Of a stretch of DNA of 64,000 bases, positions 25,071-38,299 are shown piece by piece (positions within the stretch are counted from its first letter, which is position 1; each line of letters starts with the position of its first letter). Location: the NCBI GenBank assembly GCA_964057225.1, contig OZ059898.1:19592001-19656000 (forward strand). Direction: 5' to 3'. Made by a program: the position numbers and the translations under genes. Origin of the DNA: Auanema rhodensis (lineage: Eukaryota; Animalia; Nematoda). The notes beneath the pieces were generated by a model that saw only the letters and a list, made by a program, of their open reading frames with translations, made no database searches and was not told the origin of the DNA.

Positions 25071-26489
25071 GCGTTTCTCAAAGTAGTATAGTGCATTCGA
25101 TGCGGATTTTTAAGCTGCGTCGATCTGTGTTATCAGATTTGCGCTAGCTTAAAAATGCACCGAGATATCAACTGATATAAGTTCACACTTATATCCTCGA
25201 TTTTCACCCTGAAGAATTAATTTTTTTGTTGAATAACATTGTCCATCGTCTTTGCCTTGAAAAAAGGAATCTAAAAACATCTACTTTTTGCTAAATTATT
25301 TTGAAATTTTTTGATAAAATTTTTGTCAAAATGTTTTTGGAAGCAATGTTGAGTGTACATGGAAACTCAACATACACTAATGCATCATTTTTCAAACGAT
25401 CATAACTAATTTTTGTATTAAGCGTTTCTCAAAGTAGTATAGTGCATTCGATGCGGATTTTTAAGCTGCGTCGATCTGTGTTATCAGATTTGCGCTAGCT
25501 TAAAAATGCACCGAGATATCAACTGATATAAGTTCACACTTATATCCTCGATTTTCACCCTGAAGAATTAATTTTTTTGTTGAATAACATTGTCCATCGT
25601 TTTTGCCTTGAAAAAAGGAATCTAAAAACATCTACTTTTTGCTAAATTATTTTGAAATTTTTTGAAAAAATTTTTGTCAAAATGTTTTTGGAAGCAATGT
25701 TGAGTGTACATGGAAACTCAACATACACTAATGCATCATTTTTCAAACGATCATAACTAATTTTTGTATAAAGCGTTTTTCAATGTAGTATAGTGCATTC
25801 GATGCGGATTTTTAAGCTGCGTCGATCTGTGTTATCAGATTTGCGCTAGCTTAAAAATGCACCGAGATATCAACTGATATAAGTTTACACTTATATCCTC
25901 GATTTTCACCCTGAAGAACTAATTTTTTCGTTGAAAAACATTGTCCATCGTGTTTGCCTTGAAAAAAGGAATCTAAAAACATCTACTTTTTGCTAAATCA
26001 TTTTAAAATTTTTCGAAAAAATTTTTGTCAAAATGTTTTGGAAGCAATGTTGAGTGTACATGGAAACTCAACATACACTAATGCATCATTTTTCAAACAA
26101 TCATAACTAATTTTTGTATTAAGCGTTTCTCAATGTAGTATAGTGCATTCGATGCGGATTTTTAAGCTGCGTCGATCTGTGTTATCAGATTTGCGCTAGC
26201 TTAAAAATGCACCGAGATATCAACTGATATAAGTTCACACTTATATCCTCGATTTTCACCCTGAAGAATTAATTTTTTCGTTGAATAACATTGTCCATCG
26301 TGTTTGCCTTGAAAAAAGGAATCTAAAAACATCTACTTTTTGCTAAATTATTTTGAAATTTTTTGAAAAAATTTTTGTCAAAATGTTTTTGGAAGCAATG
26401 TTGAGTGTACATGGAAACTCAACATACACTAATGCATCATTTTTCAAACGATCATAACTAATTTTTCTATTAAGCGTTTCTCAATGTAG

Positions 26490-29400
26490 TATAGTGCATT
26501 CGATGCGGATTTTTAAGCTGCGTCGATCTGTGTTATCAGATTTGCGCTAGCTTAAAAATGCACCGAGATATCAACTGATATAAGTTTACACTTATATCCT
26601 CGATTTTCACCCTGAAGAACTAATTTTTTCGTTGAAAAACATTGTCCATCGTGTTTGCCTTGAAAAAAGGAATCTAAAAACATCTACTTTTTTGCTAAAT
26701 TATTTCGAAATTTTTCGAAAAAATTTTTGTCAAAATGTTTTTGGAAGCAATGTTGAGTGTACATGGAAACTCAACATACACTAATGCATCATTTTTCAAA
26801 CGATCATAACTAATTTTTGTATTAAGCGTTTCTCAAAGTAGTATAGTGCATTCGATGCGGATTTTTAAGCTGCGTCGATCTGTGGTATCAGATTTGCGCT
26901 AGCTTAAAAATGCACCGAGATATCAACTGATATAAGTTCACACTTATATCCTCGATTTTCACCCTGAAGAATTAATTTTTTTGTTGAATGACATTGTCCA
27001 TCGTTTTTGCCTTGAAAAAAGGAATCTAAAAACATCTACTTTTTGCTAAATTATTTTGAAATTTTTTGAAAAAATTTTTGTCAAAATGTTTTTGGAAGCA
27101 ATGTTGAGTGTACATGGAAACTCAACATACACTAATGCATCATTTTTCAAACGATCATAACTAATTTTTGTATAAAGCGTTTTTCAATGTAGTATAGTGC
27201 ATTCGATGCGGATTTTTAAGCTGCGTCGATCTGTGTTATCAGATTTGCGCTAGCTTAAAAATGCACCGAGATATCAACTGATATAAGTTTACACTTATAT
27301 CCTCGATTTTCACCCTGAAGAACTAATTTTTTCGTTGAAAAACATTGTCCATCGTGTTTGCCTTGAAAAAAGGAATCTAAAAACATCTACTTTTTGCTAA
27401 ATCATTTTAAAATTTTTCGAAAAAATTTTTGTCAAAATGTTTTGGAAGCAATGTTGAGTGTACATGGAAACTCAACATACACTAATGCATCATTTTTCAA
27501 ACAATCATAACTAATTTTTGTATTAAGCGTTTCTCAATGTAGTATAGTGCATTCGATGCGGATTTTTAAGCTGCGTCGATCTGTGTTATCAGATTTGCGC
27601 TAGCTTAAAAATGCACCGAGATATCAACTGATATAAGTTCACACTTATATCCTCGATTTTCACCCTGAAGAATTAATTTTTTTGTTGAATAACATTGTCC
27701 ATCGTTTTTGCCTTGAAAAAAGGAATCTAAAAACATCTACTTTTTGCTAAATTATTTTGAAATTTTTTGAAAAAATTTTTGTCAAAATGTTTTTGGAAGC
27801 AATGTTGAGTGTACATGGAAACTCAACATACACTAATGCATCATTTTTCAAACGATCATAACTAATTTTTTTATTAAGCGTTTCTCAAAGTAGTATAGTG
27901 CATTCGATGCGGATTTTTAAGCTGCGTCGATCTGTGTTATCAGATTTGCGCTAGCTTAAAAATGCACCGAGATATCAACTGATATAAGTTTACACTTATA
28001 TCCTCGATTTTCACCCTGAAGAACTAATTTTTTCGTTGAAAAACATTGTCCATCGTGTTTGCCTTGAAAAAAGAAATCTAAAAACATCTACTTTTTTGCT
28101 AAATTATTTCGAAATTTTTCGAAAAAATTTTTGTCAAAATGTTTTTGGAAGCAATGTTGAGTGTACATGGAAACTCAACATACACTAATGCATCATTTTT
28201 CAAACGATCATAACTAATTTTTGTATTAAGCGTTTCTCAAAGTAGTATAGTGCATTCGATGCGGATTTTTAAGCTGCGTCGATCTGTGGTATCAGATTTG
28301 CGCTAGCTTAAAAATGCACCGAGATATCAACTGATATAAGTTCACACTTATATCCTCGATTTTCACCCTGAAGAATTAATTTTTTTGTTGAATAACATTG
28401 TCCATCGTCTTTGCCTTGAAAAAAAGAATCTAAAAACATCTACTTTTTGCTAAATTATTTTGAAATTTTTTGAAAAAATTTTTGTCAAAATGTTTTTGGA
28501 AGCAATGTTGAGTGTACATGGAAACTCAACATACACTAATGCATCATTTTTCAAACGATCATAACTAATTTTTGTATTAAGCGTTTCTCAAAGTAGTATA
28601 GTGCATTCGATGCGGATTTTTAAGCTGCGTCGATCTGTGGTATCAGATTTGCGCTAGCTTAAAAATGCACCGAGATATCAACTGATATAAGTTCACACTT
28701 ATATCCTCGATTTTCACCCTGAAGAATTAATTTTTTTGTTGAATAACATTGTCCATCGTCTTTGCCTTGAAAAAAAGAATCTAAAAACATCTACTTTTTG
28801 CTAAATTATTTTGAAATTTTTTGAAAAAATTTTTGTCAAAATGTTTTTGGAAGCAATGTTGAGTGTACATGGAAACTCAACATACACTAATGCATCATTT
28901 TTCAAACGATCATAACTAATTTTTGTATTAAGCGTTTCTCAAAGTAGTATAGTGCATTCGATGCGGATTTTTAAGCTGCGTCGATCTGTGTTATCAGATT
29001 TGCGCTAGCTTAAAAATGCACCGAGATATCAACTGATATAAGTTCACACTTATATCCTCGATTTTCACCCTGAAGAATTAATTTTTTTGTTGAATAACAT
29101 TGTCCATCGTTTTTGCCTTGAAAAAAGGAATCTAAAAACATCTACTTTTTGCTAAATTATTTTGAAATTTTTTGAAAAAATTTTTGTCAAAATGTTTTTG
29201 GAAGCAATGTTGAGTGTACATGGAAACTCAACATACACTAATGCATCATTTTTCAAACGATCATAACTAATTTTTGTATAAAGCGTTTTTCAATGTAGTA
29301 TAGTGCATTCGATGCGGATTTTTAAGCTGCGTCGATCTGTGTTATCAGATTTGCGCTAGCTTAAAAATGCACCGAGATATCAACTGATATAAGTTTACAC

Positions 29401-32140
29401 TTATATCCTCGATTTTCACCCTGAAGAACTAATTTTTTCGTTGAAAAACATTGTCCATCGTGTTTGCCTTGAAAAAAGGAATCTAAAAACATCTACTTTT
29501 TGCTAAATCATTTTAAAATTTTTCGAAAAAATTTTTGTCAAAATGTTTTGGAAGCAATGTTGAGTGTACATGGAAACTCAACATACACTAATGCATCATT
29601 TTTCAAACAATCATAACTAATTTTTGTATTAAGCGTTTCTCAATGTAGTATAGTGCATTCGATGCGGATTTTTAAGCTGCGTCGATCTGTGTTATCAGAT
29701 TTGCGCTAGCTTAAAAATGCACCGAGATATCAACTGATATAAGTTCACACTTATATCCTCGATTTTCACCCTGAAAAATTAATTTTTTTGTTGAATAACA
29801 TTGTCCATCGTTTTTGCCTTGAAAAAAGGAATCTAAAAACATCTACTTTTTGCTAAATTATTTTGAAATTTTTTGAAAAAATTTTTGTCAAAATGTTTTT
29901 GGAAGCAATGTTGAGTGTACATGGAAACTCAACATACACTAATGCATCATTTTTCAAACGATCATAACTAATTTTTTTATTAAGCGTTTCTCAAAGTAGT
30001 ATAGTGCATTCGATGCGGATTTTTAAGCTGCGTCGATCTGTGTTATCAGATTTGCGCTAGCTTAAAAATGCACCGAGATATCAACTGATATAAGTTTACA
30101 CTTATATCCTCGATTTTCACCCTGAAGAACTAATTTTTTCGTTGAAAAACATTGTCCATCGTGTTTGCCTTGAAAAAAGGAATCTAAAAACATCTACTTT
30201 TTTGCTAAATTATTTCGAAATTTTTCGAAAAAATTTTTGTCAAAATGTTTTTGGAAGCAATGTTGAGTGTACATGGAAACTCAACATACACTAATGCATC
30301 ATTTTTCAAACGATCATAACTAATTTTTGTATTAAGCGTTTCTCAAAGTAGTATAGTGCATTCGATGCGGATTTTTAAGCTGCGTCGATCTGTGGTATCA
30401 GATTTGCGCTAGCTTAAAAATGCACCGAGATATCAACTGATATAAGTTCACACTTATATCCTCGATTTTCACCCTGAAGAATTAATTTTTTTGTTGAATG
30501 ACATTGTCCATCGTTTTTGCCTTGAAAAAAGGAATCTAAAAACATCTACTTTTTGCTAAATTATTTTGAAATTTTTTGAAAAAATTTTTGTCAAAATGTT
30601 TTTGGAAGCAATGTTGAGTGTACATGGAAACTCAACATACACTAATGCATCATTTTTCAAACGATCATAACTAATTTTTGTATAAAGCGTTTTTCAATGT
30701 AGTATAGTGCATTCGATGCGGATTTTTAAGCTGCGTCGATCTGTGTTATCAGATTTGCGCTAGCTTAAAAATGCACCGAGATATCAACTGATATAAGTTT
30801 ACACTTATATCCTCGATTTTCACCCTGAAGAACTAATTTTTTCGTTGAAAAACATTGTCCATCGTGTTTGCCTTGAAAAAAGGAATCTAAAAACATCTAC
30901 TTTTTGCTAAATCATTTTAAAATTTTTCGAAAAAATTTTTGTCAAAATGTTTTGGAAGCAATGTTGAGTGTACATGGAAACTCAACATACACTAATGCAT
31001 CATTTTTCAAACAATCATAACTAATTTTTGTATTAAGCGTTTCTCAATGTAGTATAGTGCATTCGATGCGGATTTTTAAGCTGCGTCGATCTGTGTTATC
31101 AGATTTGCGCTAGCTTAAAAATGCACCGAGATATCAACTGATATAAGTTCACACTTATATCCTCGATTTTCACCCTGAAGAATTAATTTTTTTGTTGAAT
31201 AACATTGTCCATCGTTTTTGCCTTGAAAAAAGGAATCTAAAAACATCTACTTTTTGCTAAATTATTTTGAAATTTTTTGAAAAAATTTTTGTCAAAATGT
31301 TTTTGGAAGCAATGTTGAGTGTACATGGAAACTCAACATACACTAATGCATCATTTTTCAAACGATCATAACTAATTTTTTTATTAAGCGTTTCTCAAAG
31401 TAGTATAGTGCATTCGATGCGGATTTTTAAGCTGCGTCGATCTGTGTTATCAGATTTGCGCTAGCTTAAAAATGCACCGAGATATCAACTGATATAAGTT
31501 TACACTTATATCCTCGATTTTCACCCTGAAGAACTAATTTTTTCGTTGAAAAACATTGTCCATCGTGTTTGCCTTGAAAAAAGAAATCTAAAAACATCTA
31601 CTTTTTTGCTAAATTATTTCGAAATTTTTCGAAAAAATTTTTGTCAAAATGTTTTTGGAAGCAATGTTGAGTGTACATGGAAACTCAACATACACTAATG
31701 CATCATTTTTCAAACGATCATAACTAATTTTTGTATTAAGCGTTTCTCAAAGTAGTATAGTGCATTCGATGCGGATTTTTAAGCTGCGTCGATCTGTGGT
31801 ATCAGATTTGCGCTAGCTTAAAAATGCACCGAGATATCAACTGATATAAGTTCACACTTATATCCTCGATTTTCACCCTGAAGAATTAATTTTTTTGTTG
31901 AATAACATTGTCCATCGTCTTTGCCTTGAAAAAAAGAATCTAAAAACATCTACTTTTTGCTAAATTATTTTGAAATTTTTTGAAAAAATTTTTGTCAAAA
32001 TGTTTTTGGAAGCAATGTTGAGTGTACATGGAAACTCAACATACACTAATGCATCATTTTTCAAACGATCATAACTAATTTTTGTATTAAGCGTTTCTCA
32101 AAGTAGTATAGTGCATTCGATGCGGATTTTTAAGCTGCGT
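26490..32140. repeat. Block duplication with 3510 bp (10-monomer) offset, built from 4-mer and 6-mer sub-blocks
   Basis: tgtgg G26885/G30395 and G28289/G31799; gaatgac G26990/G30500; 352 bp monomers at 26659/30169 and 28063/31573. Confidence 0.85.
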
Positions 32141-32899
32141 CGATCTGTGTTATCAGATTTGCGCTAGCTTAAAAATGCACCGAGATATCAACTGATATAA
32201 GTTCACACTTATATCCTCGATTTTCACCCTGAAGAATTAATTTTTTTGTTGAATAACATTGTCCATCGTTTTTGCCTTGAAAAAAGGAATCTAAAAACAT
32301 CTACTTTTTGCTAAATTATTTTGAAATTTTTTGAAAAAATTTTTGTCAAAATGTTTTTGGAAGCAATGTTGAGTGTACATGGAAACTCAACATACACTAA
32401 TGCATCATTTTTCAAACGATCATAACTAATTTTTGTATTAAGCGTTTCTCAAAGTAGTATAGTGCATTCGATGCGGATTTTTAAGCTGCGTCGATCTGTG
32501 TTATCAGATTTGCGCTAGCTTAAAAATGCACCGAGATATCAACTGATATAAGTTTACACTTATATCCTCGATTTTCACCCTGAAGAATTAATTTTTTTGT
32601 TGAATAACATTGTCCATCGTGTTTGCCTTGAAAAAAGGAATCTAAAAACATCTACTTTTTGCTAAATCATTTTAAAATTTTTTGAAAAAATTTTTGTCAA
32701 AATGTTTTTGGAAGCAATGTTGAGTGTACATGGAAACTCAACATACACTAATGCATCATTTTTCAAACGATCATAACTAATTTTTGTATTAAGCGTTTCT
32801 CAAAGTAGTATAGTGCATTCGATGCGGATTTTTAAGCTGCGTCGATCTGTGTTATCAGATTTGCGCTAGCTTAAAAATGCACCGAGATATCAACTGATA

Positions 32900-35800
32900 T
32901 AAGTTCACACTTATATCCTCGATTTTCACCCTGAAGAATTAATTCTTTTGTTGAATAACATTGTCCATCGTTTTTGCCTTGAAAAAAGGAATCTAAAAAC
33001 ATCTACTTTTTGCTAAATTATTTTGAAATTTTTTGAAAAAAGTTTTGTCAAAATGTTTTTGGAAGCAATGTTGAGTGTACATGGAAACTCAACATACACT
33101 AATGCATCATTTTTCAAACGATCATAACTAATTTTTGTATAAAGCGTTTTTCAATGTAGTATAGTGCATTCGATGCGGATTTTTAAGCTGCGTCGATCTG
33201 TGTTATCAGATTTGCGCTAGCTTAAAAATGCACCGAGATATCAACTGATATAAGTTTACACTTATATCCTCGATTTTCACCCTGAAGAACTAATTTTTTC
33301 GTTGAAAAACATTGTCCATCGTGTTTGCCTTGAAAAAAGGAATCTAAAAACATCTACTTTTTGCTAAATCATTTTAAAATTTTTCGAAAACTTTTGTCAA
33401 AATGTTTTGGAAGCAATGTTGAGTGTACATGGAAACTCAACATACACTAATGCATCATTTTTCAAACAATCATAACTAATTTTTGTATTAAGCGTTTCTC
33501 AATGTAGTATAGTGCATTCGATGCGGATTTTTAAGCTGCGTCGATCTGTGTTATCAGATTTGCGCTAGCTTAAAAATGCACCGAGATATCAACTGATATA
33601 AGTTCACACTTATATCCTCGATTTTCACCCTGAAGAATTAATTTTTTTGTTGAATAACATTATCCATCGTTTTTGCCTTGAAAAAAGGAATCTAAAAACA
33701 TCTACTTTTTGCTAAATTATTTTGAAATTTTTTGAAAAAATTTTTGTCAAAATGTTTTTGGAAGCAATGTTGAGTGTACATGGAAACTCAACATACACTA
33801 ATGCATCATTTTTCAAACGATCATAACTAATTTTTGTATTAAGCGTTTCTCAATGTAGTATAGTGCATTCGATGCGGATTTTTAAGCTGCGTCGATCTGT
33901 GTTATCAGATTTGCGCTAGCTTAAAAATGCACCGAGATATCAACTGATATAAGTTTACACTTATATCCTCGATTTTCACCCTGAAGAACTAATTTTTTCG
34001 TTGAAAAACATTGTCCATCGTGTTTGCCTTGAAAAAAGGAATCTAAAAACATCTACTTTTTTGCTAAATTATTTCGAAATTTTTCGAAAAAATTTTTGTC
34101 AAAATGTTTTTGGAAGCAATGTTGAGTGTACATGGAAACTCAACATACACTAATGCATCATTTTTCAAACGATCATAACTAATTTTTGTATTAAGCGTTT
34201 CTCAAAGTAGTATAGTGCATTCGATGCGGATTTTTAAGCTGCGTCGATCTGTGTTATCAGATTTGCGCTAGCTTAAAAATGCACCGAGATATCAACTGAT
34301 ATAAGTTCACACTTATATCCTCGATTTTCACCCTGAAGAATTAATTCTTTTGTTGAATAACATTGTCCATCGTTTTTGCCTTGAAAAAAGGAATCTAAAA
34401 ACATCTACTTTTTGCTAAATTATTTTGAAATTTTTTGAAAAAAGTTTTGTCAAAATGTTTTTGGAAGCAATGTTGAGTGTACATGGAAACTCAACATACA
34501 CTAATGCATCATTTTTCAAACGATCATAACTAATTTTTGTATAAAGCGTTTTTCAATGTAGTATAGTGCATTCGATGCGGATTTTTAAGCTGCGTCGATC
34601 TGTGTTATCAGATTTGCGCTAGCTTAAAAATGCACCGAGATATCAACTGATATAAGTTTACACTTATATCCTCGATTTTCACCCTGAAGAACTAATTTTT
34701 TCGTTGAAAAACATTGTCCATCGTGTTTGCCTTGAAAAAAGGAATCTAAAAACATCTACTTTTTGCTAAATCATTTTAAAATTTTTCGAAAAAATTTTTG
34801 TCAAAATGTTTTGGAAGCAATGTTGAGTGTACATGGAAACTCAACATACACTAATGCATCATTTTTCAAACAATCATAACTAATTTTTGTATTAAGCGTT
34901 TCTCAATGTAGTATAGTGCATTCGATGCGGATTTTTAAGCTGCGTCGATCTGTGTTATCAGATTTGCGCTAGCTTAAAAATGCACCGAGATATCAACTGA
35001 TATAAGTTCACACTTATATCCTCGATTTTCACCCTGAAGAATTAATTTTTTTGTTGAATAACATTATCCATCGTTTTTGCCTTGAAAAAAGGAATCTAAA
35101 AACATCTACTTTTTGCTAAATTATTTTGAAATTTTTTGAAAAAATTTTTGTCAAAATGTTTTTGGAAGCAATGTTGAGTGTACATGGAAACTCAACATAC
35201 ACTAATGCATCATTTTTCAAACGATCATAACTAATTTTTGTATTAAGCGTTTCTCAATGTAGTATAGTGCATTCGATGCGGATTTTTAAGCTGCGTCGAT
35301 CTGTGTTATCAGATTTGCGCTAGCTTAAAAATGCACCGAGATATCAACTGATATAAGTTTACACTTATATCCTCGATTTTCACCCTGAAGAACTAATTTT
35401 TTCGTTGAAAAACATTGTCCATCGTGTTTGCCTTGAAAAAAGGAATCTAAAAACATCTACTTTTTTGCTAAATTATTTCGAAATTTTTCGAAAAAATTTT
35501 TGTCAAAATGTTTTTGGAAGCAATGTTGAGTGTACATGGAAACTCAACATACACTAATGCATCATTTTTCAAACGATCATAACTAATTTTTGTATTAAGC
35601 GTTTCTCAAAGTAGTATAGTGCATTCGATGCGGATTTTTAAGCTGCGTCGATCTGTGTTATCAGATTTGCGCTAGCTTAAAAATGCACCGAGATATCAAC
35701 TGATATAAGTTCACACTTATATCCTCGATTTTCACCCTGAAGAATTAATTCTTTTGTTGAATAACATTGTCCATCGTTTTTGCCTTGAAAAAAGGAATCT

Positions 35801-36500
35801 AAAAACATCTACTTTTTGCTAAATTATTTTGAAATTTTTTGAAAAAAGTTTTGTCAAAATGTTTTTGGAAGCAATGTTGAGTGTACATGGAAACTCAACA
35901 TACACTAATGCATCATTTTTCAAACGATCATAACTAATTTTTGTATAAAGCGTTTTTCAATGTAGTATAGTGCATTCGATGCGGATTTTTAAGCTGCGTC
36001 GATCTGTGTTATCAGATTTGCGCTAGCTTAAAAATGCACCGAGATATCAACTGATATAAGTTTACACTTATATCCTCGATTTTCACCCTGAAGAACTAAT
36101 TTTTTCGTTGAAAAACATTGTCCATCGTGTTTGCCTTGAAAAAAGGAATCTAAAAACATCTACTTTTTGCTAAATCATTTTAAAATTTTTCGAAAAAATT
36201 TTTGTCAAAATGTTTTGGAAGCAATGTTGAGTGTACATGGAAACTCAACATACACTAATGCATCATTTTTCAAACAATCATAACTAATTTTTGTATTAAG
36301 CGTTTCTCAATGTAGTATAGTGCATTCGATGCGGATTTTTAAGCTGCGTCGATCTGTGTTATCAGATTTGCGCTAGCTTAAAAATGCACCGAGATATCAA
36401 CTGATATAAGTTCACACTTATATCCTCGATTTTCACCCTGAAGAATTAATTTTTTTGTTGAATGACATTATCCATCGTTTTTGCCTTGAAAAAAGGAATC
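32900..36500. repeat. 4-monomer higher-order repeat, ~2.5 copies (1402/1404 bp period)
   Basis: aattctttt C32945/34347/35751; aaagtttt G33042/34444/35848; cattatcc A33662/35066/36470. Confidence 0.9.
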
Positions 36501-38299
36501 TAAAAACATCTACTTTTTGCTAAATTATTTTGAAATTTTTTGAAAAAATTTTTGTCAAAATGTTTTTGGAAGCAATGTTGAGTGTACATGGAAACTCAAC
36601 ATACACTAATGCATCATTTTTCAAACGATCATAACTAATTTTTTTATTAAGCGTTTCTCAAAGTAGTATAGTGCATTCGATGCGGATTTTTAAGCTGCGT
36701 CGATCTGTGTTATCAGATTTGCGCTAGCTTAAAAATGCACCGAGATATCAACTGATATAAGTTCACACTTATATCCTCGATTTTCACCCTGAAGAATTAA
36801 TTTTTTTGTTGAATGACATTATCCATCGTTTTTGCCTTGAAAAAAGGAATCTAAAAACATCTACTTTTTGCTAAATTATTTTGAAATTTTTTGAAAAAAT
36901 TTTTGTCAAAATGTTTTTGGAAGCAATGTTGAGTGTACATGGAAACTCAACATACACTAATGCATCATTTTTCAAACGATCATAACTAATTTTTTTATTA
37001 AGCGTTTCTCAAAGTAGTATAGTGCATTCGATGCGGATTTTTAAGCTGCGTCGATCTGTGTTATCAGATTTGCGCTAGCTTAAAAATGCACCGAGATATC
37101 AACTGATATAAGTTCACACTTATTTCCTCGATTTTCACCCTGAAGAATTAATTTTTTCGTTGAATAACATTGTCCATCGTCTTTGCCTTGAAAAAAGGAA
37201 TCTAAAAACATCTACTTTTTGCTAAATTATTCTGAAATTTTTTGAAAAAATTTTTGTCAAAATGTTTTTGGAAGCAATGTTGAGTGTACATGGAAACTCA
37301 ACATACACTAATGCATCATTTTTCAAACGATCATAACTAATTTTTGTATTAAGCGTTTCTCAATGTAGTATAGTGCATTCGATGCGGATTTTTAAGCTGC
37401 GTCGATCTGTGTTATCAGATTTGCGCTAGCTTAAAAATGCACCGAGATATCAACTGATATAAGTTCACACTTATATCCTCGATTTTCACCCTGAAGAATT
37501 AATTTTTTCGTTGAATAACATTGTCCATCGTCTTTGCCTTGAAAAAAGGAATCTAAAAACATCTTCTTTTTGCTAAATTATTTTGAAATTTTTTGAAAAA
37601 ATTTTTGTCAAAATGTTTTTGGAAGCAATGTTGAGTGTACATGGAAACTCAACATACACTAATGCATCATTTTTCAAACGATCATAACTAATTTTTGTAT
37701 AAAGCGTTTCTTAAAGTAGTATAGTGCATTCGATGCGGATTTTTAAGCCGCGTCGATCTGTGTTATCAGATTTGCGCTAGCTTAAAAATGTACCGAGATA
37801 TCAACTGATATAAGTTCACACTTATATCCTCGATTTTCACCCTGAAGAACTAATTTTTTCGTTGAAAAACATTGTCCATCGTGTTTGCCTTGAAAAAAGA
37901 AATCTAAAAACATCTACTTTTTGCTAAATTATTTTGAAATTTTTCGAAAAAATTTTTGTCAAAATGTTTTTGGAAGCAATGTTGAGTGTACATGGAAACT
38001 CAACATACACTAATGCATCATTTTTCAAACGATCATAACTAATTTTTGTATTAAGCGTTTCTCAATGTAGTATAGTGCATTCGATGCGGATTTTTAAGCT
38101 GCGTCGATCTGTGTTATCAGATTTGCGCTAGCTTAAAAATGCACCGAGATATCAACTGATATAAGTTCACACTTATATCCTCGATTTTCACCCTGAAGAA
38201 TTAATTTTTTCGTTGAATAACATTGTCCATCGTCTTTGCCTTGAAAAAAGAAATCTAAAAACATCTTCTTTTTGCTAAATTATTTTGAAATTTTTTGAA

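Larger units (their letters stand above)
1..37110. repeat. Satellite subfamily domain A
   Basis: Dominant alleles: ctcaaagtag, aatcattttaaaa, aaacaatc, cgtttttgcc, tttttttatt, frequent 350 bp monomers, intact H3 stem. Confidence 0.85.
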
